DNA of 35,267 nt from Chloroflexota bacterium (GTDB taxonomy: Bacteria; Chloroflexota; Dehalococcoidia; SHYD01). This document shows, piece by piece, positions 16,692-27,105 of the stretch (positions are counted from its first letter, which is position 1; every line of letters starts with the position of its first letter). The DNA lies in NCBI GenBank assembly GCA_964200875.1, contig CAXNDA010000001.1:1-35267 (forward strand). Reading direction: 5' to 3'. The translations under genes and the position numbers were made by a program. The notes under the pieces are model-generated. The model saw nothing but the letters and a program-made list of their open reading frames with translations, was not told the DNA's origin and ran no database searches.

Positions 16692-18329
16692 CTAAGAGCC
16701 GACGACCCGCTGCGTCAGCAGATACCAGTCCTTCACGTTGCCGAAGCGTGAACTCGTATCGTAGAGCGGCCCGGTATCCACACCCTTCACCCGCCCGTTC
16801 ATAGCGTAGGCGTAGAGCGGGTGATACAGGACTACGCTGGGCACTTCCTCAGCGAACAGCTCTTGGAACCGTGCGTAGAGCTGCTTGCGCTCTTCGATGC
16901 TTCCGGCAGTGCGAGCGCGCCCGAGCAGGGTGTCCATTTCTGGATTGGTGTACGCCGCCACGTTGAGGCCATCGGTGCTGGTTTGCGTGCTGTGCCAGTA
17001 GGGATACGGGTCCGGATCGTAGCCTGGGTCCATGCCGAACAAGATTGCGTCGTACTTGCGTGGGATCAGGAAGTTCTGCATAAGGCCCGTGATACCGCTT
17101 GCTTGAACGTCCACCTGAACGCCCAGCCGCTTGTATTGCCGGGCGATGTCCTCGGCGGTGCTCACTCGCACCTTGTCGTTGTTGGTGAGCAGGCTGAAGC
17201 GGAGCGACTGACCGTCCTTCTCTCGCACTGCGGTCGCGCCCGTTTTCCAGCCGGCCTCGTCCAGCAACTTGGCCGCCTCGGTGGGATCGAACCTGGCGCT
17301 CGGTGCGTTGCTGTTGAAGGCCCACGAATCGATCGGGATTGGGTTGTCGGCCGCGCGGCCAAAGCCGCCCGCGATGTTGGTGACCAGTTCGTCTCGATTA
17401 ATGCCTGCCGACAAGGCCTTGCGTACCAGCTTGTTCTGAAAGATGGGGTTGCCGGAATTGAGGAACAACACCGAGTAGTTTGCCCGCGGCAGGTAGCGAA
17501 CGGTCATGTCCTTCAGGCTGGCAATGCGATCCATGGCCTCTTTGCCGGTTGTCGGGTACAGCAGCGCCCCGTCGACGTTGCCATTGACCAGGGCGGCCGC
17601 CACCGCGGCATCATCGCGGAAGAAGCGGAAGTCCAACGTGTCGAGCCGTGGCCGCCCGCTGTAGGCCTTGGGGTTCGCTTCCAGCACCACCTGATCCATC
17701 GAGGCCTGCTTGAGGCGGAACATGCCGGATCCTACGATGTTCGGCCCATTCGCGGTCAGGGCCTTGGGATTAATGCCCTGGTAGATGTGGTTGGGCGCCA
17801 GGCCAACGGTCGTGTAGCTCAAGAACGGCGAGAACGGTTGCGCCATGCTGAGGCGAAGCGTTGCTTGGTCCTGCCGCTCGGGTTTCACCTGGCTCCACAG
17901 CGCAATAATCTCCGGATCGGTGGGCAGGTCTCTGGAGGCAAGCGTCTGGTAGGTGTAGACTGCGTCGTCGGCTGATACCGGGCGTCCGTCGTGCCATTCG
18001 GCGTCCCGCCGCATCAGGAAGGTGTAGGATTTGCCATCCTCGCTCACCTGCCAGGATTCGGCGAGGTCGGGCTGAATCGCGCCGTCTTTCCGCAGTTTTG
18101 TGAGGCCGCTGAAGAGCAGGCTGGTCAAGTCCCGGTCGGGCTCGTTGAACGCGGCCACCAGTGGATTGAGCGATTGCGGGCTTCCGGCGATCGCTTCGGT
18201 GTACGTGCCGCCGTTCGCGGGTGCATCGGTCGTGATCAGAAGGAAGACGAGCGCTGCGAGCACGCCGAAGGCCGAGATGCTGGCCAGCAGGAACAGAATG
18301 ACCTGCCAGATGGGCGTCTTGCGGAGCAT
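16692..18329 (-). CDS. ABC transporter substrate-binding protein, family 5 (peptide/nickel type), TM-anchored
   Basis: 545 aa. The N-terminal hydrophobic anchor IWQVILFLLASISAFGVLAALVFLL is followed by a long soluble domain with SBP_bac_5-like blocks (SLNPLVAAFNEPDRDLTSLLFSGL; WHDGRPVSADDAVYTY). No permease or ATPase gene lies in the window. Confidence 0.75.
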   Translation of the reverse strand: MLRKTPIWQVILFLLASISAFGVLAALVFLLITTDAPANGGTYTEAIAGSPQSLNPLVAAFNEPDRDLTSLLFSGLTKLRKDGAIQPDLAESWQVSEDGKSYTFLMRRDAEWHDGRPVSADDAVYTYQTLASRDLPTDPEIIALWSQVKPERQDQATLRLSMAQPFSPFLSYTTVGLAPNHIYQGINPKALTANGPNIVGSGMFRLKQASMDQVVLEANPKAYSGRPRLDTLDFRFFRDDAAVAAALVNGNVDGALLYPTTGKEAMDRIASLKDMTVRYLPRANYSVLFLNSGNPIFQNKLVRKALSAGINRDELVTNIAGGFGRAADNPIPIDSWAFNSNAPSARFDPTEAAKLLDEAGWKTGATAVREKDGQSLRFSLLTNNDKVRVSTAEDIARQYKRLGVQVDVQASGITGLMQNFLIPRKYDAILFGMDPGYDPDPYPYWHSTQTSTDGLNVAAYTNPEMDTLLGRARTAGSIEERKQLYARFQELFAEEVPSVVLYHPLYAYAMNGRVKGVDTGPLYDTSSRFGNVKDWYLLTQRVVGS

Positions 18330-18360
18330 GGATTGAGGGCGAGTGGAGGTGACGATGCTG

Positions 18361-18588
18361 CTACTGAACGCTATGCAGGCGTGCGGTAACTAGAGCTACC
18401 ACCACGAATACGGCAGCCAGCACCACGGTGCCCCGGAACAAGTAGCGCTCGATGCCGCGCCTGGTGCGATAGGCAGAGCCTTGACTGCCGAATGCGCCGC
18501 CTAAGCCGGCGCCACGGCTTTGCATGAGGATCACGATGGTCAGAACGGCCGAGACGATGATGAGCAGGGCTTGAAATGCGGTTTCCAT
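18361..18588 (-). CDS. secG: Preprotein translocase subunit SecG
   Basis: 75 aa with two TM segments. The block VILMQSRGAGLGGAFGSQGSAYRTRRGIERYLFRGT matches the conserved SecG loop pattern. Confidence 0.8.
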   Translation of the reverse strand: METAFQALLIIVSAVLTIVILMQSRGAGLGGAFGSQGSAYRTRRGIERYLFRGTVVLAAVFVVVALVTARLHSVQ

Positions 18589-18649
18589 GGACGGTCCTTA
18601 TCGAGGTCGAATTGCGGATATCTCTACAGTGGCTCGCGCACTCCCGAGC

Positions 18650-20002
18650 CTAGGCAGCAGGAGCCGATCGTTCGTTGCTCTTGCCGTGTTCCTTCCAGAA
18701 CTGAATCAATGCGGCGGCAAGTTTCTGAGAGTCGTGGCGCAGCAGGTTGTGGTCGTTCACCACGTCGGCGTACGTGATCTTCAGCCCTGGCAGGTTCCGG
18801 CCAGCCACTGTCACCGGCTTCGCTTCGCCGTCGGCGGGCACCGGCCGGCTGCCCGTGTCGTGTATCAGCATATGGCGGAACAGCCCTGCTCCCACGTGGC
18901 GGTTAATGGCCTCCACATGATCCTCAGCAGTGTAACTGTCCGTCTCGCCGGGCTGGGTGGCCACGTTGCACACGTACACCTTCAAGGCGCTGGATGCTCG
19001 GATTGCTGCGGAGATGCCCGGCACCAGCAGATTCGGCAGAATGCTGGTGTAGAGGCTGCCGGGGCCCAACACAATCATATCGGCATCCAGGATAGCCTGC
19101 ACGGCAGCCGGATGGGCATCCGGATCGGCCGGGATGAGCGAGAGGCGGCTTATGGGCAGCCCGCGCTCAGGGATCTTAGACTCGCCGCGAACGTTGGGAG
19201 CGTCCAAGAACTCTGCTTCCAGGGTTACATCTTCCAGGGTGGAGGGCACAATCTGCCCTCGAACTGCCAGTACTCGGCTGGTCTCTTGCAACGCAGCCTC
19301 GAAGTTCCCCACCACGCCCGACATCGCCACTATGAAGAGGTTGCCGAAGCTGTGGCCCTTCAGCTCGCCCTCCTCGAACCGGTACTGCATCAAGCGCGTG
19401 ACCAGCGGTTCGGCGTCGGCGAGCGCTGCGATGCAGTTGCGGAAGTCGCCGGGCGGCAACACCCCCAGATCGCGGCGCAGGCGCCCCGAGCTGCCGCCGT
19501 CATCAGCGACCGTTACCACGGCGGTGAGGTTGTCGGTCTCCACCTTCAGGCCACGCAGCAACATTGACAGGCCGGTACCACCCCCAATGGCCACGATGCG
19601 CGGCCCTCGGTTGCGGTGTCGCTGGCCGAAGATGACGTGGGCTACCGGTCGGGGGTCGTTCGGAGGGCGATAAGCGGCGATCAGTGTGCGCGAGAACCCA
19701 GCCATGCCGACGCCGACCATACCCAGGGCGGCGAGCAGGAAGATGGCGCCGCGCACCGGACGGGGGAGAAACTGCAGCGTGAGGTAGTAGACCTCGTTGG
19801 GGAAGGAGTAGCTCTCGTAGATTTCCCGCAAGAAGTACCCGATGCCCAGGCCGAGAAACGCCACGCCGAGCGTCATCAGGAGGAGCCAGCGCTTCACATG
19901 CATGCCGGGCCGCAGCCACGCCATGAAGGCCGGATACTGTCGCCCCGCCGGTACCGACGGGGCCGCGTTTACAGAGGGGCGCTCATCGTGCGGTTCGGAC
20001 AT
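18650..20002 (-). CDS. yvcK: YvcK / CofD-like (UPF0052) family protein with an N-terminal two-TM extension
   Basis: Core motifs: RIVAIGGGTGLSMLLRGLK, LTAVVTVADDGGSSGRLRRDLGVLPPGDFRNCIAAL, GPGSLYTSILPNLLV. They are preceded by ~115 aa containing two hydrophobic helices. Confidence 0.8.
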   Translation of the reverse strand: MSEPHDERPSVNAAPSVPAGRQYPAFMAWLRPGMHVKRWLLLMTLGVAFLGLGIGYFLREIYESYSFPNEVYYLTLQFLPRPVRGAIFLLAALGMVGVGMAGFSRTLIAAYRPPNDPRPVAHVIFGQRHRNRGPRIVAIGGGTGLSMLLRGLKVETDNLTAVVTVADDGGSSGRLRRDLGVLPPGDFRNCIAALADAEPLVTRLMQYRFEEGELKGHSFGNLFIVAMSGVVGNFEAALQETSRVLAVRGQIVPSTLEDVTLEAEFLDAPNVRGESKIPERGLPISRLSLIPADPDAHPAAVQAILDADMIVLGPGSLYTSILPNLLVPGISAAIRASSALKVYVCNVATQPGETDSYTAEDHVEAINRHVGAGLFRHMLIHDTGSRPVPADGEAKPVTVAGRNLPGLKITYADVVNDHNLLRHDSQKLAAALIQFWKEHGKSNERSAPAA

Positions 20003-20003
20003 G

Positions 20004-21476
20004 TCAATCCAGCTGTGCCTTGAGTAATTCGGTGACCAGCCCGGCGTTTGCCCGCCCGCGGGTCTCCTTCATCACCTTCCCCATCAGCGCGCCGAGGGCC
20101 GCCTGCTTGCCGGCTTTGTAGTCGGCCACGGCTTGCGGCGTATCGGCGATGACCTTGATGACGATCTGCGTCAGTTCATCGGCGTTGCTCATCTGCGCCA
20201 GCCCCTGCTCCTCCATGATCGCAACCGGCGCTTTACCGGTAGTGAACATAGCTTCGAACACGGTCTTGGCAGCAGTCTGGTTCAGTTTCCCGGCATCCAT
20301 GAGGTCGAGCAGGGCGGCCAGGCTTGCCGGCGTCACCTTGGTGTCCTCGATCTCCTGGTTATGAGCATTGAGCAGGCGCATCAGTTCGCCGGTGCACCAG
20401 TTGCTCACCCACTTGGCGCGCGCCCAAAGGTCGCTAGGCACCGTGCCGTTGCCAGCAACGGGCAGGGTCACCGTAGCCTCAAAGAACTCGGCCATGGCTC
20501 GGGTGGCGGTCAGAACGCCGGCTTCATAGCCCGACAGGCCAAACTGCTGCTCAAACCGGGCGCGACGGGCTTCCGGCAACTCCGGTAGTTGCGCCTTGAG
20601 CTGTGCCACCCACTCGGGGTTCACTTCGAGCGACGGGATGTCGGGTTCCGGGAAGTACCGGTAGTCGTGCGCCATCTCTTTCGAGCGCTGGGACACGGTC
20701 TCGTTACGGTTGTCCACCCAGCCGCGGGTTTCCTGGCGGATGGTCTGGCCAGCGTCCAGCATCTCGCGCTGGCGGGCTTCCTCGAACTGGATTGCCAGGA
20801 ACACCGAACGGAAACTGTTCATGTTCTTGACTTCGACCTTGGTGCCGAACTCGTGCGCGCCAAGCGGCCGGACGCTGACATTGGCGTCGCACCGGAATGC
20901 GCCCTGCTCCAAGTCACCGGACGAGATGCCGAGGTAGCGGAGAATGCTGCGGAGCTTGGTCAAATACTGACGGGCCTCTTCGGCCGACCGCATGTCCGGC
21001 TCCGAGACGATCTCCATCAGGGGCACACCACCACGGTTCACATCGACAAGGCTGTACGTCTCGCCGTCTGCGGCGTTGTGCGACAGCTTGGCGGTATCCT
21101 CTTCCATATGGACGCGGGTTATGCCGATGTGCTTGGTTGTGCCCTCCACCTCTACGTCGAGCCAGCCGCCACTGCACAGTGGTTCGTCGTACTGGGAGAT
21201 CTGGTACCCCTTCATAAGGTCGGGATACGGATAGTTCTTCCGGTCCATCTTGCTGTGATGGTTGATGGTGCAGTTCACGGCCAAGCCCAACATCATGGCG
21301 TACTCGACGGCGCGCCGGTTGATGATCGGCAAGACTCCGGGCATGCCGAGGCAGACCGGGCATACGTGGGTGTTGGGGGCGGCTTCTTGGTAGGCGGTGC
21401 TGCAGGCGCAGAACATCTTGCTCTTGGTCAAGAGCTGGGCGTGCACCTCAAGCCCGATCACGGTTTCGTACTGCAT
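20004..21476 (-). CDS. gatB: Asp-tRNA(Asn)/Glu-tRNA(Gln) amidotransferase subunit B
   Basis: Motifs: [53 protein letters not shown], plus the C-terminal GatB/YqeY-type tail. I prefer the ATG at 21476 over the track start at 21512. Confidence 0.92.
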   Translation of the reverse strand: MQYETVIGLEVHAQLLTKSKMFCACSTAYQEAAPNTHVCPVCLGMPGVLPIINRRAVEYAMMLGLAVNCTINHHSKMDRKNYPYPDLMKGYQISQYDEPLCSGGWLDVEVEGTTKHIGITRVHMEEDTAKLSHNAADGETYSLVDVNRGGVPLMEIVSEPDMRSAEEARQYLTKLRSILRYLGISSGDLEQGAFRCDANVSVRPLGAHEFGTKVEVKNMNSFRSVFLAIQFEEARQREMLDAGQTIRQETRGWVDNRNETVSQRSKEMAHDYRYFPEPDIPSLEVNPEWVAQLKAQLPELPEARRARFEQQFGLSGYEAGVLTATRAMAEFFEATVTLPVAGNGTVPSDLWARAKWVSNWCTGELMRLLNAHNQEIEDTKVTPASLAALLDLMDAGKLNQTAAKTVFEAMFTTGKAPVAIMEEQGLAQMSNADELTQIVIKVIADTPQAVADYKAGKQAALGALMGKVMKETRGRANAGLVTELLKAQLD

Positions 21477-21568
21477 AGGAGCCCAGTATAACATCGATGG
21501 TCTGACTGCCAAGAGACATAACGCTCACACATCATCCTGTGGTTCACGCGAAGAGCACCCACAAGAGA

Positions 21569-21597
21569 TTGCGGTCGGCTGCCGACACTGCTATTCT
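21569..21597 (+). promoter_or_regulatory. Possible sigma70-type promoter for the pyr operon (TTGCGG, 17-nt spacer, TATTCT)
   Basis: Hexamers at 21569-21574 and 21592-21597 with a 17-nt spacer. The spacer holds a perfect palindrome, GTCGGC-T-GCCGAC. The site lies in the divergent gatB/pyrR spacer. Based on motif match only. Confidence 0.25.
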
Positions 21598-21614
21598 GAT
21601 AGCAACTTCCGTGC

Positions 21615-21648
21615 CCTTTAAGTCGGTCCAGTGAGGCCGACAAGGAGT
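21615..21648 (+). promoter_or_regulatory. PyrR-binding RNA element (anti-antiterminator/binding-loop type)
   Basis: CCUUUAAGUCGGUCCAGUGAGGCCGACAAGGAG. The lower stem is CCUU/AAGG and the upper stem is GUCGG/CCGAC, with a bulged U and CC/GG closing an AGUGA loop. This matches the remembered UCCAGAGAGGC-type PyrR box, with UUUAA 5' and AAGG 3'. The element sits just upstream of pyrR. Confidence 0.6.
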
Positions 21649-21703
21649 CCTAGCATGCGGCATCAACACGTCGCCTGCCCCGAGTTCGGGGTGAGCGGTC
21701 TAA

Positions 21704-22333
<630 letters not shown>

Positions 22334-22336
22334 CCC

Positions 22337-23344
22337 ATGGCGGACACGATCGCACAGCACGTGGCACCAGCGAACCAGGCCGCACCGGCGCCGGGGGGGC
22401 TTCAGCACCAGCACGTGCTGGACCTCAACGACTGGAACAAGGAGGACATCGACCTTGTGTTGCGCACCGCCGACGGCATGAGGGAGGTGCTGCAGCGCGA
22501 TATCAAGAAGGTGCCGACGCTGCGGGGCAAGACCGTGATCACGCTGTTCTACGAAGCCTCGACCCGAACCCGGATGTCCTTCGAGCTGGCCGGCAAGCTG
22601 CTGAGCGCCGACGTCATCAACCTGACCGCCAGCACCAGCAGCACCACCAAGGGCGAGAGTCTGGTGGACACGGTGAAGACAATCGATGCGATGGCGCCCG
22701 ATTGCATTGTGATGCGACACCCCAGCTCGGGGGCCCCCTACTTGGTGGCGCAGCAAGTGCGGGCGAGCGTGGTGAATGGCGGCGACGGTTGGCATGCCCA
22801 CCCGACCCAGGCACTGCTCGACATGTACACCATTCGCGAGCACCTGGGCGGTCTCGCGGGGCTGAAGGTCGCCATTGTCGGCGACATTTTGCACAGCCGG
22901 GTTGCTCGGTCCGACGTCTGGGGCCTGCAGGCTGCCGGCGCACAGGTCACGCTGTGCGGCCCCGCCACCCTGCTGCCGCGCGAGTGGGCCCCTGACCGCG
23001 ATGTGGCCGCCACCGGGTTGCCGCCCATCACCATTACCTGGGACATCGAGCAGGCGTTGGCTGACGCCGATGTGGTGATGGCGTTGAGACTCCAGAAGGA
23101 ACGGCAGGAGGGCGGCCTGCTTCCCAGCATCGGCGAGTACATTACCGACTTCCAGATCACGCCCAAGCGGCTGGCGCTGGCGCGCGCCGGCGCGCTGCTG
23201 ATGCACCCAGGCCCCGTCAACGAGGGCATCGAGCTGGCGTCGGAACTGGTGCGGGGCGCTCAGTCGGTTATCGACACCCAAGTGACCAACGGCGTGGCAG
23301 TGCGCATGGCGCTGCTGTACCTGCTGATCGGCGGCCCGCAGTGA
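22337..23344 (+). CDS. pyrB: Aspartate carbamoyltransferase catalytic subunit
   Basis: Motifs: TLFYEASTRTRMSFELAGKLL, IVMRHP, HPTQALLD, MHPGPVNEG. Confidence 0.92.
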   Translation: MADTIAQHVAPANQAAPAPGGLQHQHVLDLNDWNKEDIDLVLRTADGMREVLQRDIKKVPTLRGKTVITLFYEASTRTRMSFELAGKLLSADVINLTASTSSTTKGESLVDTVKTIDAMAPDCIVMRHPSSGAPYLVAQQVRASVVNGGDGWHAHPTQALLDMYTIREHLGGLAGLKVAIVGDILHSRVARSDVWGLQAAGAQVTLCGPATLLPREWAPDRDVAATGLPPITITWDIEQALADADVVMALRLQKERQEGGLLPSIGEYITDFQITPKRLALARAGALLMHPGPVNEGIELASELVRGAQSVIDTQVTNGVAVRMALLYLLIGGPQ

Positions 23345-23945
23345 ACGTGAAACCCTCACCCCAGCCCTCTCCCGAAGGGCGAGGGGGCCGGACGGTGGCC
23401 TCAGAACCCTCTCCCTCTGGGAGAGGGCAGGGTGAGGGCTCCCCCATCACCATTCGTCGCGCTTCCTCGGCCGATGCGGCGATCGTCGCCACGCTGATGT
23501 CTGCCTTCAACCGCCAGGTCGGCGCCATGGGCGTGGGCTGGGGCCAAGATACGCGCCCCGAGGTGGCCGACATCTCGGAGCAGCAGGCCGCACACCGGCT
23601 TCGAGCAATGGCTGCCACCGAGCGCGTTTATCTGGCCGAGGCTGATGCCCGGCCGCTCGGGATTGCGGCGCTCCGGCTGGTGCCGCATCTTGATCAGGAC
23701 GTGCCCTACGCCGAACTCACCCAGATCTACGTGGATCCTGCACAGCGGACGTCGGGCGTCGGCGCTCGGCTGCTGGCTTTTGTCGAGGCTGAGGCTCGCT
23801 CTGCCGGCGCGACCGTCGTGTACCTGCTGACCGGCGAGGACAACGTGAACGCGCAGGCCTTCTACCGTCGCCAGGGGTACGCTGCGCACTACGTCGGGTT
23901 CGAGAAGGCGTTGACCGTCGCGAACCGTGAGAAAGGGGCGGCCCA

Positions 23946-23949
<4 letters not shown>
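23341..23949 (+). CDS. GNAT family N-acetyltransferase with a repeat-encoded N-terminal extension
   Basis: The GNAT core runs from ITIRRASSADAAIVATLM to IYVDPAQRTSGVGARLLAFVE (motif A, Q/RxxGxG) and NAQAFYRRQGY. The only in-frame start upstream of strand beta-1 is the GTG at 23341 (GTGA overlap with the pyrB stop). Its stop overlaps the pyrC start (ATGA). Confidence 0.75.
23353..23387. repeat. 35-nt GC-rich palindromic repeat, copy A (reverse orientation)
   Basis: ccctcaccccagccctctcccgaagggcgaggggg. Its reverse complement matches copy C (26716..26750) at 32 of 35 positions by manual alignment. Confidence 0.8.
23407..23438. repeat. GC-rich palindromic repeat, copy B
   Basis: ccctctccc-tct-gggagaggg is a perfect 9-bp stem. 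It is followed by cagggtgaggg, which is complementary to the ccctcacccc flank of copy A. Confidence 0.8.
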
Positions 23950-25397
<1,448 letters not shown>

Positions 25398-25502
25398 TGG
25401 ACGTGCCATTTCTCCCCCTGCCTAGGGGAAGACTAAGAGGGGGTTCCGAGGCGTCTGCGCCCGAGGACAAGACAGCGGGCGATGCCACGACCCGTCCTCC
25501 AA

Positions 25503-25523
25503 CTCCACCCTTCCAGGGTGGAG
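25503..25523. repeat. Perfect 8-bp inverted repeat hairpin CTCCACCC-ttcca-GGGTGGAG in the pyrC-carA spacer
   Basis: Read directly from the sequence. It ends 33 nt upstream of the carA TTG start. Confidence 0.6.
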
Positions 25524-25556
25524 AGTGTCCGAACCGATCCTATGGAGACTGACTGA

Positions 25557-26687
25557 TTGACTGACCAACTGAAAGCCTATCTGGTGCTGTCCGACGGCTC
25601 GACCTTCGAGGGACGCAGCTTCGGCGCGCCCGGCCGTGCCTCCGGCGAGGTGGTGTTCAACACCAGCATGACCGGCTACCAAGAGGTGCTGACCGACCCA
25701 TCCTACGGCGGTCAGTTGGTCACCATGACCTACCCGCTCATCGGCAACTACGGCGTCAATGAGAACGACTTCGAGAGCCGCGCGGTGCAGGTGCGGGGCT
25801 TCATCGTGCGCGAGCATTGCACCTTACCAAGCCACTGGCAAAGCACCAGCACCCTCGGAGCGTTCCTCGAGTCTCGCCATATCCCCGCTATAGAGGGCAT
25901 CGACACCCGCGCGCTGACCCGCCGCCTCCGCAGCGAGGGCGTGATGATGGGCACCGTCACCACCGACGAGACGCCGGCCGACGCGCTGGAGCGGCTGCGG
26001 CATACCCCCGCCTACGGCGACCACGACTACGTGAAGGAGGTCACCACCCAGGGGCCATACGGCTGGGAGAACGGCCGGGCCGTCATTGGGGCCAAGCTGG
26101 CTGGCGATCGCCCCCACGTGGTGGTGGTGGACTTCGGCCTCAAGTTCAACATCCTGCGATCGCTGGTGGAGCGCGGCTGCGCGGTGACGGTGGTCCCCGC
26201 CACTGCCGGCGTGCACCAGGTGCTCAGCCTGCGGCCCGACGGCGTGCTGCTGTCGCCGGGACCGGGCGACCCCGCCCTGCTGGATTATGCCGTGAATCTC
26301 GCCTCGGGCCTGCTCGAAGCGCAAACCACTGCCGGAAAGCCGCTGCCGTTGATGGGCATCTGCCTCGGCCACCAGGTGCTCTCCAGGGCGCTGGGCGCCG
26401 GCACCTTCAAGCTGAAGTTCGGCCACCGCGGCGCCAACCACCCGGTGCAAGACCTGCGCGATGGCAAGGTGCACATTACCAGCCAAAACCACGGCTACGC
26501 GGTGGACAGCGCCGGGCTCTCCGCCGAGGCCGAGGTGACCCACCTTAGCCTCAACGACGGCACCATCGAGGGCCTCCGCCACAAGCGCCTGCCGGTCATG
26601 AGCATCCAGTACCACTCCGAGGCATCGCCCGGCCCGCGGGACAACATGTACATCTTCGACCAGTTCCTGGCGAGCGTGCGCGGATGA
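25557..26687 (+). CDS. carA: Carbamoyl-phosphate synthase small (glutaminase) subunit
   Basis: TTG start with GGAG 9 nt upstream. Motifs: KAYLVLSDGSTFEGRSFGA, TSMTGYQEVLTDPSY, GICLGHQ (catalytic Cys), QYHSEASPGP. Confidence 0.92.
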   Translation: MTDQLKAYLVLSDGSTFEGRSFGAPGRASGEVVFNTSMTGYQEVLTDPSYGGQLVTMTYPLIGNYGVNENDFESRAVQVRGFIVREHCTLPSHWQSTSTLGAFLESRHIPAIEGIDTRALTRRLRSEGVMMGTVTTDETPADALERLRHTPAYGDHDYVKEVTTQGPYGWENGRAVIGAKLAGDRPHVVVVDFGLKFNILRSLVERGCAVTVVPATAGVHQVLSLRPDGVLLSPGPGDPALLDYAVNLASGLLEAQTTAGKPLPLMGICLGHQVLSRALGAGTFKLKFGHRGANHPVQDLRDGKVHITSQNHGYAVDSAGLSAEAEVTHLSLNDGTIEGLRHKRLPVMSIQYHSEASPGPRDNMYIFDQFLASVRG

Positions 26688-26715
26688 GGGCCCGGGGAAC
26701 GCACCGTCTATCCGG

Positions 26716-26750
26716 CCCCCTCCCCCTCTGGGAGAGGGCTGGGGTGAGGG
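26716..26750. repeat. 35-nt GC-rich palindromic repeat, copy C, between the convergent carA and MNT genes
   Basis: ccccctccccctctgggagagggctggggtgaggg. It has an imperfect 9-bp stem plus the ggggtgaggg tail. Possible bidirectional terminator or RNA-stabilising hairpin. Confidence 0.8.
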
Positions 26751-26763
26751 CTTTGGCTATCCC

Positions 26764-27105
26764 CTACGCAGCTGCCTCGGCCTGGTACACCACCCGGCCG
26801 GTGCGGATGATCTCCGTCAGCAATGAGGTGCGCGACGGCTCGCGGAGGGCCGAGGACGGGTATCCGATAGGAGATACCCAGGGGTTGGCCCTAACCAGCA
26901 GCTCAGCGAGCCGTTCCTGGCAGCGCCCCCCCGCGACGCCGTCGAAATCCGGCGAGAATATGGCTAAGTCGATGTCGCTGCCCTCGTGTTGGGTGCCGGT
27001 GGCGCACGAACCGTACAGGATCACGGTGTCGACCTTGAGTCCTCGCTCCAGCAGTGTCACCACGTCACGAACCACTTCCGCTATGTCAGTTGCTGACGTA
27101 ACCAT
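26764..27105 (-). CDS. Nucleotidyltransferase-domain protein (MNT-type antitoxin partner of HEPN)
   Basis: 113 aa. VILYGSCATGTQHEGSDIDLAIF is the GSxxxG...SDxD minimal nucleotidyltransferase motif. It overlaps the upstream HEPN ORF by 25 nt. Confidence 0.75.
   Translation of the reverse strand: MVTSATDIAEVVRDVVTLLERGLKVDTVILYGSCATGTQHEGSDIDLAIFSPDFDGVAGGRCQERLAELLVRANPWVSPIGYPSSALREPSRTSLLTEIIRTGRVVYQAEAAA

Noticed and set aside
18589-18649. The hairpin ggctcg-ggagtgc-cgagcc (minus-strand sense) after yvcK as an intrinsic terminator.
   Set aside because: It has a 6-bp stem but no following U-tract, and secG starts about 30 nt further on with its own RBS. I cannot separate a terminator from incidental structure by eye.
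25503-25523. The hairpin upstream of carA as a second PyrR-binding site (it contains UUCCAGGGUGGAG).
   Set aside because: The UCCAG lies across the loop and 3' arm of a simple perfect hairpin. The hairpin lacks the bulged two-stem shape and the flanking UUUAA and AAGG features seen at 21615-21648. The resemblance is probably coincidental.
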